Source: a virus. Taken from it: a stretch of 64,000 nucleotides of DNA. The translations under genes were made by a program, and so were the position numbers. The stretch is taken from the IMG/VR virus record IMGVR_UViG_3300032220_000872, positions 1 to 64,000 of that record; one strand, 5' to 3'. Each line of letters starts with the position of its first letter. The first letter of the stretch is position 1. The notes below the pieces were generated by a model that was not told the DNA's origin, ran no database searches, and saw nothing but the letters and a program-made list of their open reading frames with translations. Below, piece by piece: positions 37,794 to 48,329 of the stretch.

Positions 37794-39230
37794 ATGCCAT
37801 ATCAAATAGATAGATACGCAGGTACTACACTAACAACAGTGCAAGACGGCACAGTAGACCAGACCACCAACCTAAAATTAGTGGGAAAAAACTACGCTGG
37901 CTACGGAGAAATTCAAAACGAAAATTTTGTACATTTATTAGAAAATTTTGCAGGAGCCAATCAGCCCAGCAGACCTCTTTCAGGACAGTTATGGTACGAC
38001 AGTGCTGCTAACAAATTAAAATTTTATGATGGTGTTAAATTTAGAACCACAGGTGGGGCTGAAGTAGGAACCTCACAACCAGCTGGATTAACCACTGGAG
38101 ATTTTTGGTGGGACACTGCCAATGATCAGTTGTATGCTTACAATGGCACAGGATTTGTACTAGTAGGACCACAAGGAGTAGGAGCCACAGTTACTCAATT
38201 AAAAAGTCGCACAGTGAAAGATACATTCAATGTGGATCAACCTATCATTGAAGCATTGGTGGATGATGAAGTGATTTTCATAGTGAGCGGCACAGAATTC
38301 ACCATCAACACAGTGGATCCTTTGCAGGCTATCACAGGATTTAATGCAATCAAAAAAGGTATCACTATGGTGAACACCTTGGCAGCTGCCAACGGAGTTA
38401 CCACCACAGATCATAGATTTTGGGGCACAGCAGCCAACGCACTAAAATTAGGCGGAGTAGATGCTGCTAACTTTTTACAAGTGGGTGGCAATACCAGTTT
38501 CAATGACACAGGTTTCACAGTAGGTACTGGCAATGATCTTAGAGTGAGCATCATCAATGGTAACGAAGGTAGAATTATCAACGAAGTAGGTTCAGTGATC
38601 AAAATGGGAGCCAGCAACACTCACACAGTGAGCGTGACTGCAACAGGCTTTGAACCTAGAATAGACAGCACTTATGATATTGGAACCAATGGCAACAGAT
38701 TTGCCAATGTGTTTGCTGACAATTTTTATGGACTATCAGAAAAAGCCACCAACATCACAGTGGGTGTGACCAACTATTCAGGATCCACAGCATCAGGAGT
38801 GAACACAGTGGCATTACGAGATGCTTCAGGAAATTTATCAGCCAATATTTTCAATGGCGTGGCCACTCAAGCAAGATATGCGGATTTGGCAGAGAAATAT
38901 TTGGCAGACGGCAATTGGCCCATTGGCACAGTGATGAGCATAGGCGGTGCAAAAGAAATTCAAAAAGCCACTGAAGGCAGCATAGTGGTGGGTGTGGTGA
39001 GCGGTGCTCCAGCATATTTGATGAACGCTGAATTACAAGGCGGCACTGCTGTGGCCATCAAAGGCAGAGTGCCAGTTTTGGTAACAGGCACAGTAACCAA
39101 AGGTGATAAAATTGGAGTCAGCAGCACAGCAGGAATTGGTATCAAAGTCACAGAAGGTGATTATTTTGCAGTGGCTTTGGAAGCTGACAGCAGATCAGGC
39201 GTCAAACTGGTTGAGTGCTATATCAAATAA
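37794..39230 (+). CDS. Tail fibre protein with a C-terminal intramolecular-chaperone/peptidase G2-like domain
   Basis: Same N-terminal module. A.YADLAEKY...GTV..IGG..E...GVVS..PAYLMN...VA..GRVPV...KGD is the autocleaving chaperone-type tail. Confidence 0.75.
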   Translation: MPYQIDRYAGTTLTTVQDGTVDQTTNLKLVGKNYAGYGEIQNENFVHLLENFAGANQPSRPLSGQLWYDSAANKLKFYDGVKFRTTGGAEVGTSQPAGLTTGDFWWDTANDQLYAYNGTGFVLVGPQGVGATVTQLKSRTVKDTFNVDQPIIEALVDDEVIFIVSGTEFTINTVDPLQAITGFNAIKKGITMVNTLAAANGVTTTDHRFWGTAANALKLGGVDAANFLQVGGNTSFNDTGFTVGTGNDLRVSIINGNEGRIINEVGSVIKMGASNTHTVSVTATGFEPRIDSTYDIGTNGNRFANVFADNFYGLSEKATNITVGVTNYSGSTASGVNTVALRDASGNLSANIFNGVATQARYADLAEKYLADGNWPIGTVMSIGGAKEIQKATEGSIVVGVVSGAPAYLMNAELQGGTAVAIKGRVPVLVTGTVTKGDKIGVSSTAGIGIKVTEGDYFAVALEADSRSGVKLVECYIK

Positions 39231-39290
39231 TAATCAATATGATGTCTAAAATATTCATGGGACAGTTCAACCCAACTAAATACTTTTAAT

Positions 39291-40190
39291 ATGGCAGTAG
39301 GTGATCTAATAACAGCAGCAAGGTACAACGTGATTCAATCCACAGTGGCCAATGTGCTGAGCACAGGATCAGGAGATTCTGGTTATGGTCAAGCACTGCA
39401 AAGTTCGCAAGTGGCACAAAATCAGTTGATTGAAGACGATCACATGAACACTTTGAGATTGGACATTCGCAAAGCCTATCTGCATCAGAACAATTCATAT
39501 CCCACACTCACAACAGTGAGCACTGCAGACACAGTGACTGATAACACACTAAACAATTCATATGCAACTTTTGAAACATTGGCCACCAACATCAACACCA
39601 ATAGAAACACCATCAGTGCCAGCAGATTGACCACAGGCAACACTGCTTCCAGTTATGTGAGAACCACCACTTGGAATGCCACACGTGTGGGCAATTTCAC
39701 AGTGACTTTTGCCAGCACCACTGCTGCTAGACATTTTTTTAATTCAGGCGGAGCTGTGCAGATTGATATGAACATATCCGGCAGCACCACTGCTAAGGTC
39801 AACGATTGGAACACATTGTTTGGAACCAATATGGGCACACTAACTTTTGCCAATCTAGCTTCCAGCAGATCAGGATCAGCTGGCACACTGTCTTCATCAG
39901 TGGCCTATACCACACTGACCACCACGTTCCAAACTGTGTACACCACCAGTGCTGCAGGCACTTACAGTTCCAACAATTTTAATATTCAAGTGCGATTCAC
40001 TGATGTTTCTAATCTAGTGATAGAGTTTCAAATCACCCTGAATGATGCTGCTGCAGGCACCGTGGACGAAGATGTGAATGGCAATCTCAACATCAACGTG
40101 AATAGACGTATTGCCAACGGGGCACTGAGTGATCCTATCACCATCACGGAACCTGTTTTTGGTGCCATGAGCGGCACTGTGACTGCCTAA
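39291..40190 (+). CDS. Virion structural protein (Thr/Ser/Asn-rich)
   Basis: MAVGD.ITA..YN, GYGQ and F.....ARHFFNSGG motifs seen in virion proteins of large myophages. Late TAAATA 8 nt upstream. Confidence 0.6.
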   Translation: MAVGDLITAARYNVIQSTVANVLSTGSGDSGYGQALQSSQVAQNQLIEDDHMNTLRLDIRKAYLHQNNSYPTLTTVSTADTVTDNTLNNSYATFETLATNINTNRNTISASRLTTGNTASSYVRTTTWNATRVGNFTVTFASTTAARHFFNSGGAVQIDMNISGSTTAKVNDWNTLFGTNMGTLTFANLASSRSGSAGTLSSSVAYTTLTTTFQTVYTTSAAGTYSSNNFNIQVRFTDVSNLVIEFQITLNDAAAGTVDEDVNGNLNINVNRRIANGALSDPITITEPVFGAMSGTVTA

Positions 40191-40223
40191 ACCATTTCAC
40201 CAATCACCAAAACCTAATCTATC

Positions 40224-40268
40224 TAAATATCAACAGCAGTTGACTTTTGGCTGAAAATCTTATATAAT
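40224..40268 (+). promoter_or_regulatory. Tandem late (TAAATA) and sigma70-type promoters heading the glycosyltransferase/radical SAM operon
   Basis: TAAATA at 40224-40229. TTGACT (40240-40245)-17 bp-TATAAT (40263-40268). AGGAG SD at 40276-40280. Confidence 0.75.
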
Positions 40269-40284
40269 TTCAACTAGGAGAATC

Positions 40285-40623
40285 ATGAATATGACAGACA
40301 TAGAAGATAGACTCAGTGCAGTCAATCAAATGGAAAATTTTAATAATCAGTTGCAGTTATTAAAAGACAAATTTGTGGACAGCAATATTTTGTTTTATCA
40401 AGGACATCAGTTCACAGTCACGGGCAATCTGTTGAGCTTGTGCAAGTCATACATAGACCTACATAGAACCAAAGATGTAGTATTATTGGATGACTATCAA
40501 ACACCAGTTTTGGTGAACAATTTGGAAGAATATAACTCTGCTGCTTGGCACACATATCAAACCAATCTCAATCAATATTACACAGAATATCAAACGCTGA
40601 TCAAAAATAAAGGACAGATTTAA
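40285..40623 (+). CDS. Hypothetical protein (112 aa)
   Basis: Strong SD; first gene of a tightly coupled operon. Confidence 0.7.
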   Translation: MNMTDIEDRLSAVNQMENFNNQLQLLKDKFVDSNILFYQGHQFTVTGNLLSLCKSYIDLHRTKDVVLLDDYQTPVLVNNLEEYNSAAWHTYQTNLNQYYTEYQTLIKNKGQI

Positions 40624-40626
40624 GCC

Positions 40627-41478
40627 ATGAAATCTCAAGGCATTGTGATGTTTGCTCACAACAATGAAACAGTTGATTACGTGAAGCAGGCTATTTTTGC
40701 TGCTGTGCAGGTCAAAAAACATCTACATCTACCAGTGACTTTGATCACTTCCAATCAAGCACATCTCAATAACAAATATAAAAAACAAGCCACAGTGTTT
40801 GATCAAGTGATAGATATCAATGAGCATCAAACTCATCAGACCAAAGATTTTTACAATGGTATGGAACACAAGATTAAAGATGTTTGGAAAAATCATTTGA
40901 GATCCACTGCTTATGAACTGACTCCATATGATGAAACCATTGTGATGGACACTGACTATATAGTGGGCAATGCCAATTTACTAAGATGTTTTCACAGCAA
41001 AGAAGATTTTTTAATACATCAGAAATCCATTTATATCAATTATTTCAATCAACCCGAATGGAAAATCAAATACATCAGTGAAACAGGCATGGAAATGTAT
41101 TGGGCCACTGTGTTCTATTTCAAAAAAACTCACAGAGTCAAACAATTGTTTGATCTGATTGCACACATTAAAAATCATTGGGACTTTTATAGATTCACAT
41201 GGCAGATACATGAACCAAATTTTAGAAATGATTTTGCTTTCAGCATGGCCATACACATGTTGAATGGATATTGCAAAGGTGCATGGCCACAACGCTTGCC
41301 AGATTCGTTGTATTATATCACTGACCGAGACAAAGCCGACAATTTCGACCAGGACTGTTGGACTGTTTCATTGTACAACACCCAAGGATATACAAAAACT
41401 TTAGCCAAACACATTAATCTACACGTGATGAACAAATTTAGTTTGGACCACATCATTGATCAGGAGTTTTCCAAATGA
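40627..41478 (+). CDS. GT-A fold glycosyltransferase-like protein
   Basis: G..MFA.N....DY...A, R..AYELTPYDETIVMDTD (DxD), RND.AFS.A.H. Confidence 0.7.
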   Translation: MKSQGIVMFAHNNETVDYVKQAIFAAVQVKKHLHLPVTLITSNQAHLNNKYKKQATVFDQVIDINEHQTHQTKDFYNGMEHKIKDVWKNHLRSTAYELTPYDETIVMDTDYIVGNANLLRCFHSKEDFLIHQKSIYINYFNQPEWKIKYISETGMEMYWATVFYFKKTHRVKQLFDLIAHIKNHWDFYRFTWQIHEPNFRNDFAFSMAIHMLNGYCKGAWPQRLPDSLYYITDRDKADNFDQDCWTVSLYNTQGYTKTLAKHINLHVMNKFSLDHIIDQEFSK

Positions 41479-42323
41479 TAGAACAAGGATTCTGTGTGTT
41501 TGCACAGCAAAATGAACAAGTGGACTATGTGAGACAAGCACATGCATTGGCCATGAGCATCAAAACGCACATGCCTCACAGCAAAATATGTTTGATCACA
41601 AATGTTAACATCACAAAAGCTGTGTCCTCAGTATTTGATCATGTGGTGGATATTCCTGGCATGGATGAAGCTGTGGATCAAGATTGGAAAATACAGAATA
41701 GATATAAAATTTACACAGCTACTCCTTTCAAACATTCAATAATATTGGATGCAGATATGTTGGTGTTGAATGATATCAGTCATTGGTGGAAGTTTTTAAA
41801 AAACTACAAAATGTATTTCACCAGTGCAGTTAAAAATTACAGAGATGAATTCAATCACAGTGATCACTATCGCAAAACTTTCACAAGCAATAGTCTACCT
41901 AATCTTTACTGTGGTGTGCATTACTATCAAAGATGCAAAGAAAATGATCAGTTTGTGGAACTTTTACGAGATATAGTGAGAAATCACACATTGTTCTATG
42001 ACAGATTCACTCCCAAACACACTCAAAAATGGTGCAGCATGGATGTGAGTGTGGCGCTGGCCAGTAAACTATTGGGTATCACTGAAAAAATTACCAGCCG
42101 AACACCTTACATCACATTCACTCATATGAAACCTCATCTTCAAGACTGGAAAACAGTGCCAGATCATTGGATGAAAAAAGTAAATGTGTATCATGACATG
42201 GAAGGTCATATTAAAATTGACAATTTTCGTCAACGTGGAGTATTGCATTATGTGGAGAATGAATTTTTAACTGATGAATTGTTTGAAATTATTGAAAAAA
42301 AATATTATGAATCAAACCAATAA
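41475..42323 (+). CDS. GT-A fold glycosyltransferase-like protein (paralog of the upstream gene)
   Basis: VDY..QA..LA.SIK, NR.KIY..TPF...I.LDADM (DxD), F.HMK, LHY. Confidence 0.72.
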   Translation: MIEQGFCVFAQQNEQVDYVRQAHALAMSIKTHMPHSKICLITNVNITKAVSSVFDHVVDIPGMDEAVDQDWKIQNRYKIYTATPFKHSIILDADMLVLNDISHWWKFLKNYKMYFTSAVKNYRDEFNHSDHYRKTFTSNSLPNLYCGVHYYQRCKENDQFVELLRDIVRNHTLFYDRFTPKHTQKWCSMDVSVALASKLLGITEKITSRTPYITFTHMKPHLQDWKTVPDHWMKKVNVYHDMEGHIKIDNFRQRGVLHYVENEFLTDELFEIIEKKYYESNQ

Positions 42324-42885
42324 TTATATGTACGTGACATTTGATCCAGAATCAGGAAAAATTTTAGGCTGTTCAGGTAGCAAAACCAACAACAGTCTGG
42401 CCATAGATACTGCTTTAGGTGAAAAATTTATCATGGGTGCAGAGTCCATACACAAATACAAGGTGATATATCATAATGGTCAATATCAAATTCAAAAACA
42501 TGGAGTGTTAAACCCCGTGGAAAACGTAATTCATTCTAAAAAAACTGAAATAATCAATCAGAATATTTACAAAATTCCTAATAAAATTAAAACTCACAGT
42601 GGCATACAAATAAAATTGCATTTGAATCAAAACAAAATTGAATTTGTTGCGGACAAAATATTCAAAAAAACTTTGGAGACCATAGTTTCCAAAGAAAACC
42701 ATCGTACCCATAAGTTTTATTGTTGTAAACTCAACGATGCCACACAACTGATTCAAACATTGGATCTAAATCTTTATGAATTACTTACTCAAGACAGTGT
42801 GCAGATCGATATGAATGCAAAAACAAACATGGACATTTACTGTAGAAAGATTTTTGATTACTCTATTGAAAGGATTTATGCATAA
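42307..42885 (+). CDS. Hypothetical protein
   Basis: ORF within the operon, overlapping both neighbours; likely start ATG 42307. Confidence 0.6.
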   Translation: MNQTNNYMYVTFDPESGKILGCSGSKTNNSLAIDTALGEKFIMGAESIHKYKVIYHNGQYQIQKHGVLNPVENVIHSKKTEIINQNIYKIPNKIKTHSGIQIKLHLNQNKIEFVADKIFKKTLETIVSKENHRTHKFYCCKLNDATQLIQTLDLNLYELLTQDSVQIDMNAKTNMDIYCRKIFDYSIERIYA

Positions 42886-43786
42886 GATTGCTATCAAAGA
42901 TTGTGATATTATATTTTTAAGTTATGATGAGCCCAATGCTGACAGAAATTATGCAGATTTAAAAAGAAAAATACCTTGGGCTAAAAGAGTTCACGGCGTG
43001 GAAGGGTCAGATGCTGCACACAAAGCCTGTGCTGCTGTGTCTGACACAGAATATTTTTTAACTGTGGATGGAGACACACAAATAGATTCTAAATTTCTTA
43101 ATGTTCAACTGGATCTCAACAGCATGGGCATGGATGATTCATACATCTTCAGCTGGTGTGGACATACCAATGTGAATGGATTGAAGTATGGCAATGGCAG
43201 TTTAAAGTTATGGACTAAAACTTTTGTGAATGAGATGAAAACACATGAAAATTACTCTGGTAAGGATAACAATGAGATAGAATTTTGTTATTTTGATAAA
43301 CTATTTCAATTCAATGAAAATTATTCTACCAGTTACATCAATAGCACACCCAAACAAGCATGGCGAGCTGGATTTAGAGAAGGCGTCAAAATGAGTTTGT
43401 ACAAAAATTTTAAAATACAGTCGTTGGACCAACTGTGGTGGCAAAATTATCATAGATTATTGATTTGGATGACTGTGGGTCAGGATGTGGAATATGGTAT
43501 TTGGGCTATTGCGGGAGCCAGAGAAGGATGCTACAGAACACTTTGCACCACATGGGATTTCAAACAAGTGAGAGATTTTAAAATTTTAGAACAATTATGG
43601 ATCAGTACCAGCAACAATAACAGCATGAATGCACAGGATGTCAAACAAAAATGTGTTTCTTTGGGCAAAATGATCAAAGAAAAATTCCAAATGGAATTTC
43701 CCACTGAACCATATGATGCAGAAAGCAGTGCATTTTTCAAAAAGGTATATATTAATTCACCTAGAACTATTAGAAAGACCATATGA
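42878..43786 (+). CDS. Glycosyltransferase family 2-like protein
   Basis: DIIFLSYDEPNA, RVHGVEG...AH, TVDGD (DxD), YGNG..K.W, AWRAGFREG.K. Confidence 0.65.
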   Translation: MHKIAIKDCDIIFLSYDEPNADRNYADLKRKIPWAKRVHGVEGSDAAHKACAAVSDTEYFLTVDGDTQIDSKFLNVQLDLNSMGMDDSYIFSWCGHTNVNGLKYGNGSLKLWTKTFVNEMKTHENYSGKDNNEIEFCYFDKLFQFNENYSTSYINSTPKQAWRAGFREGVKMSLYKNFKIQSLDQLWWQNYHRLLIWMTVGQDVEYGIWAIAGAREGCYRTLCTTWDFKQVRDFKILEQLWISTSNNNSMNAQDVKQKCVSLGKMIKEKFQMEFPTEPYDAESSAFFKKVYINSPRTIRKTI

Positions 43787-44490
43787 TGTACGATATATTT
43801 TTTATCAGTTACAATGAACCCAACGCAGATCAAAATTATGCTCTGTTAAAACAAAGATTTCCATTGGCACAAAGAGTTCACGGTGTAAAAGGCATTCAAC
43901 AAGCACACATTAGAGCTGCCACGTTGAGTTTAACTCAAATGTTTTGGGTAGTGGACGGTGATGCTGTGGTTAAAGATGATTTTCAGTTTGATTATGAAGT
44001 GCCTGACAGAGACATGGATGCTGTGCATGTGTGGAGGAGTTCAAATCCCATCAACGAATTAGAATATGGTTACGGTGGAGTAAAATTATTGCCTAAAAAA
44101 TTAACCATGCATATGGATCCTAACAGAATAGACATGACCACCAGCATATCCAATAGATTTAGAGCCATGTACGAAGTATCCAACAGCACAGATTTCAACA
44201 CAGATCCATTCAACACATGGAAAAGTGCTTTCAGAGAGTGTGTCAAACTCAGCAGCAAAGTGATTGATCGTCAAGTGGACAAAGAAACTGAAAAAAGATT
44301 ATTGATCTGGTGCACAGTGGGTGCAGATCAACCATATGGAGAATATGCCATTGCTGGAGCACTGGCAGGCAGAGTGTATGGCACAGACAACAGAAGTAAT
44401 TCAGATGCTTTAAGAATGATCAATAATTTTGAATGGTTGCGATTGGCGTTTGTGGGACAATTTCCATACATGGAGAAAGAAATATTATGA
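43783..44490 (+). CDS. Glycosyltransferase family 2-like protein (paralog)
   Basis: DIFFISYNEPNA, RVHGVKG...AH, VVDGD, YGYGGVK, W.SAFRECVKL. Confidence 0.65.
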   Translation: MMYDIFFISYNEPNADQNYALLKQRFPLAQRVHGVKGIQQAHIRAATLSLTQMFWVVDGDAVVKDDFQFDYEVPDRDMDAVHVWRSSNPINELEYGYGGVKLLPKKLTMHMDPNRIDMTTSISNRFRAMYEVSNSTDFNTDPFNTWKSAFRECVKLSSKVIDRQVDKETEKRLLIWCTVGADQPYGEYAIAGALAGRVYGTDNRSNSDALRMINNFEWLRLAFVGQFPYMEKEIL

Positions 44491-45488
44491 TAGATTCTAA
44501 CATTCCATTTGATAAAATCATAAACTTTGGTCAACGCACCATGCTGGACAGCAAATTGTTTTCTGTGAGTTGGATCTTGGCTCGTTTTTGCAACTATGAT
44601 TGTTCTTATTGCTGGCCTTATGCCAAAAGCAAACAGAAAGATCACAGACCATTGTCAGTTTACACAGCAGTGGTGGATGAAATCAAGCGCCAGGCTAGAC
44701 TGAATGGATTCACAGACTATCATTTCAGTTTTTCAGGTGGAGAACCCACTGCCTACAAAGATTTTTTACAATTGGTACAGCATTACAGTGCTGATTCTGC
44801 TCCAGAATATCAGAGTATTCACATGACCACTAACCTAAGTCCTTCAGAAAAATGGTGGGAAAGATGGTTAGAAGCCACAAAATCATTAAACCGTCGCAGC
44901 ATCACTGCAAGTTTTCATGCTGAATTTGCTGATGAACAAAAATTTGGAGATAAAATATTACTGTTGATGAAGAACAATGTGTTTGTCACAATCAATCAAG
45001 TGATGGTGCCTAATAGATTCACAGAATACTATGACAGGTGTGCAAGATTTAATTCCAGAGGTATCAATGTCACACTCAAACCACAGAGTGATCCCACAGC
45101 AAGTTTTGTTGTTGAAGGTTATACTCCGGATCAACTGAATACTTTACAAACAGGTTTCCCTCAACGCATACAAGAAGGTGAAAATTACAAAAATTTATTT
45201 CAAATTGAAATGACGGATGCTCAAGGCAACAAGTATTACATGGATCAAGCAGAGAGATTTAATGCTTTTGGCTTTAATAAATTCAAAGGATGGCACTGTA
45301 ATGCTGGATATCAAAGTTGTGTCATAAGAGAACCAGGTGGAGAAGTCAAAAGAAGTTACAGTTGTCATGATGAACCACTGGGCAGCATAGAACAAGGATT
45401 TAAACTGTTTGATAAACCAAGAATTTGCATAACTCCCACTTGTGTGAGTTCAGCAGATTCAAAAATTCCCAAGGCCAAACATGTATAG
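44487..45488 (+). CDS. Radical SAM protein with a C-terminal Cys-rich (twitch-like) domain
   Basis: CNYDCSYC, GGEP, TTN; C-terminal C.AG...C...C....C. Confidence 0.88.
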   Translation: MIDSNIPFDKIINFGQRTMLDSKLFSVSWILARFCNYDCSYCWPYAKSKQKDHRPLSVYTAVVDEIKRQARLNGFTDYHFSFSGGEPTAYKDFLQLVQHYSADSAPEYQSIHMTTNLSPSEKWWERWLEATKSLNRRSITASFHAEFADEQKFGDKILLLMKNNVFVTINQVMVPNRFTEYYDRCARFNSRGINVTLKPQSDPTASFVVEGYTPDQLNTLQTGFPQRIQEGENYKNLFQIEMTDAQGNKYYMDQAERFNAFGFNKFKGWHCNAGYQSCVIREPGGEVKRSYSCHDEPLGSIEQGFKLFDKPRICITPTCVSSADSKIPKAKHV

Positions 45489-46470
45489 ATATCAAGATAT
45501 AAAAGATATTCATTTGGAAATCACCAGCAAGTGTCAAGCCCGATGTCCTATGTGTCCCAGAAGAATCAGTGGAGGACCATTGAATCCATTTATCAAACTG
45601 GATGAGATAACTTTGGATGTATTTAAAAAATGGTTTGAACTGGATTTTATAAAACAATTGGACAGTTTGTTTATGTGCGGTAATTTGGGAGATCCTATCA
45701 TATCCAAAGACACATTGGAAATATATCAGTATTTGCGTGAAGCGAATCCCAATATTAGATTGGCCATGCACACCAACGGCAGTGCTAGAGATCCAGAATG
45801 GTGGCAAAGATTGGCTCAATTGAAAGTGAAAGTAACATTTGGCATTGATGGCCTGGCTGATACTCATCATCTTTATAGGATCAGTACAGATTTTAACAAA
45901 ATAATTGAAAATGCTCAAGCATTTATCTCAGCAGGTGGAGTGGCCAAATGGCACATGCTGGTGTTTGCTCACAATGAACATCAGATTGAAGAAGCAAGAA
46001 CTATGAGTAAACAAATGGGCTTTGTGGATTTTTCAATCAAACACACTTCTAGATTCAAACAAGATTATCTGCAAGTGATTGATGATATGGGTAGACCCAC
46101 ACACAGAATTCAACCCACTCAAACCAGTTTGGACATGATTCCTTTGGCTGAAGCAGCACAAAAAGAAGTCAAACCACACATTGTTTGTAAGGCACAAAAA
46201 TACAAACAGTTGTATGTGAGTGCGTGTGGCAATGTATCACCTTGCTGTTGGTTGGATATGGAATGGATACCTCCCATGCAAGAATCTAGAATAGATTACA
46301 TGGAAAAAATTTCAGAATTTCCCAACTTGCATCGTAAAACATTGAAAGAAATATTTGACGGTGGATTTTTTTCAAAAATAGAAGCACAATGGAGTACAGT
46401 GGGATTGAAAGAATGCACCAAACAATGCGGTTCATTTGATAAACTAGGAGTACAATTTGTTGAAAATTAA
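45481..46470 (+). CDS. Radical SAM/SPASM protein
   Basis: CQARCPMC, GNLGDP, HTNG, FGIDG; C-terminal C...G.VSPCC...C...C. Confidence 0.88.
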   Translation: MYRYQDIKDIHLEITSKCQARCPMCPRRISGGPLNPFIKLDEITLDVFKKWFELDFIKQLDSLFMCGNLGDPIISKDTLEIYQYLREANPNIRLAMHTNGSARDPEWWQRLAQLKVKVTFGIDGLADTHHLYRISTDFNKIIENAQAFISAGGVAKWHMLVFAHNEHQIEEARTMSKQMGFVDFSIKHTSRFKQDYLQVIDDMGRPTHRIQPTQTSLDMIPLAEAAQKEVKPHIVCKAQKYKQLYVSACGNVSPCCWLDMEWIPPMQESRIDYMEKISEFPNLHRKTLKEIFDGGFFSKIEAQWSTVGLKECTKQCGSFDKLGVQFVEN

Positions 46471-47071
46471 TATACAAGACGTTTTATTTTGGATGGATGC
46501 TATCAGACAATCTGATGATAGATATCGCACACTGGAAAGTTTTTGGAAAGGTCAAATCAACAGCAAAGTATGGTTGATTGAACAATTAAAAAAATTACCC
46601 AGAGCACACAGTATGGATATTTTAATTTGTGGTGGATGGTATGGAGTGATGGCCACACTTTTATTCAACAGTGATCTGTATGTGAACAAAATAACCAGCA
46701 TGGACATAGACAGCAAGTGTGAAAACACAGCAAACACCATGAACAAACAGTATGAAATCGCTGGAAGATTCCGTGCTGTCACTCAAGACATGATGACTTA
46801 TAAAGATTATGATCGTTATGACATGATTATTAACACAGTGTGTGAGCATTTGACAACAGAACAATACAATGAATGGTTGAATTTAATACCCAAAGACAAA
46901 ATTATTGTGTTGCAAAGCAATGACTATGTGATTCCTGAACATGTGAATCCCATGAAAGATTTAAATCAGTTTGTTTCACAAAGCAAACTGTATCCTATAA
47001 TGGAACCCAGCGAATTACAAACAGAAAAATACAAAAGATTTATGATTGTAGGAAAGAAAAATGAAAAATAA
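46457..47071 (+). CDS. Class I SAM-dependent methyltransferase
   Basis: ILICGGWYG motif I, SMDID, INT.CEH, LQSN. TTG start after AGGAG. Confidence 0.75.
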   Translation: MLKINIQDVLFWMDAIRQSDDRYRTLESFWKGQINSKVWLIEQLKKLPRAHSMDILICGGWYGVMATLLFNSDLYVNKITSMDIDSKCENTANTMNKQYEIAGRFRAVTQDMMTYKDYDRYDMIINTVCEHLTTEQYNEWLNLIPKDKIIVLQSNDYVIPEHVNPMKDLNQFVSQSKLYPIMEPSELQTEKYKRFMIVGKKNEK

Positions 47072-48329
47072 AAGTTGTACATTTTGTATGCATCCATTCA
47101 CAGGATTGGCCACCAGAGAAGATGGTGCTATCAAGGTGTGTTGCAGAAGTTTACCCATCAGTAACATACAAAATGAAACCATAGAACAAGCATGGAACAA
47201 TGAAAAAATGCGTGAAGTGCGACGTCAAGTGTTGAACAATGAGCGACCCGATGTGTGTGCACCTTGTTTTGATTTGGAAGATCAAGGAGTGCAAAGTTTG
47301 CGACAAAGACACATCAGTGACAATATTCCAGAATCAAGGATCAATCTTTATCCCACAGCACTGGACAGTTTAAAAGAAGATTACACCATGCCTTTTGAAT
47401 TGCCCACTATGGAAATTAAAATTAATAACTTGTGTAATTTAAAATGTCGTATGTGTAATCCATTGGACAGTACTCAATGGAAAGATTGGAACAGCATAGT
47501 GGATCATTACAAGAAAGAAAACAATTACTTGGTCAAAGCAGTGGAAGATCTTGGTTTGACACAGGCACCACACGTGGATCTTTTCGAAGATAAACCACAC
47601 TTTTGGGACAATTTAAAAAAACTTATTCCTCATTTTAAACGTGTGGAGTTTGCTGGTGGTGAACCTCTGATGGATCCCACACATTACAAAATATTAGACC
47701 TATTAAGCACCAATGGATCCAACATTGAAATCAAATATGCCACCAATGGCACAGTGTTGGGAATCAAAGGTGGAAGAACCATACAAGACTACTGGCCTAA
47801 ATTCAAAAGTGTGGCAGTGAATGTGAGCATTGACGGAATCTTTGACACTTATGAATATATCCGAGGCAATGGCAAGTTTATGGATGTGGTCAACAACATA
47901 AAAATAATGAAACAAATACCCACAGTGAGTAGAATAGTGGGAGCATTCACAGTGCAAGCCAACAATATTATGCAAATAGACCGTGTGATTGATTACTTTT
48001 TAAATGATTTGGGCATTGTGTTTTACAGTCACAGAGTAAACTATCCCCGAGCATTGAGTGCTCAAGTGTTGCCTACAAAATTAAAAAATCAAGTGATAGA
48101 CAAACTGGAAGCAATGAAACCTCGAATTAAAGATTATGCATTGGTCCAACAGCATCCAATATTGGAAAAAATTACTCTACAACAAATACAGGACAACATT
48201 AATTTTTTAAAAGCCAGAGATCTTAATCAATACTGGATGGATTGTGTGGACTTTAATCGTAAATTAGACATCACAAGAAATCAAGGACCTTTTGAAAAAA
48301 TAAATCCGGAGTTTGCTGATTATGTTTAA
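47061..48329 (+). CDS. Radical SAM protein with an N-terminal twitch/SPASM domain
   Basis: N-terminal FCMHPF...G..KVCC...C..C, then CNLKCRMC, FAGGEP, TNG, SIDG. Confidence 0.88.
   Translation: MKNKSCTFCMHPFTGLATREDGAIKVCCRSLPISNIQNETIEQAWNNEKMREVRRQVLNNERPDVCAPCFDLEDQGVQSLRQRHISDNIPESRINLYPTALDSLKEDYTMPFELPTMEIKINNLCNLKCRMCNPLDSTQWKDWNSIVDHYKKENNYLVKAVEDLGLTQAPHVDLFEDKPHFWDNLKKLIPHFKRVEFAGGEPLMDPTHYKILDLLSTNGSNIEIKYATNGTVLGIKGGRTIQDYWPKFKSVAVNVSIDGIFDTYEYIRGNGKFMDVVNNIKIMKQIPTVSRIVGAFTVQANNIMQIDRVIDYFLNDLGIVFYSHRVNYPRALSAQVLPTKLKNQVIDKLEAMKPRIKDYALVQQHPILEKITLQQIQDNINFLKARDLNQYWMDCVDFNRKLDITRNQGPFEKINPEFADYV

Noticed and set aside
33548-40190. Diversity-generating retroelement or invertible tail-fibre cassette
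   Set aside because: No reverse transcriptase, no invertase, and no near-identical TR/VR or inverted-repeat pair seen.
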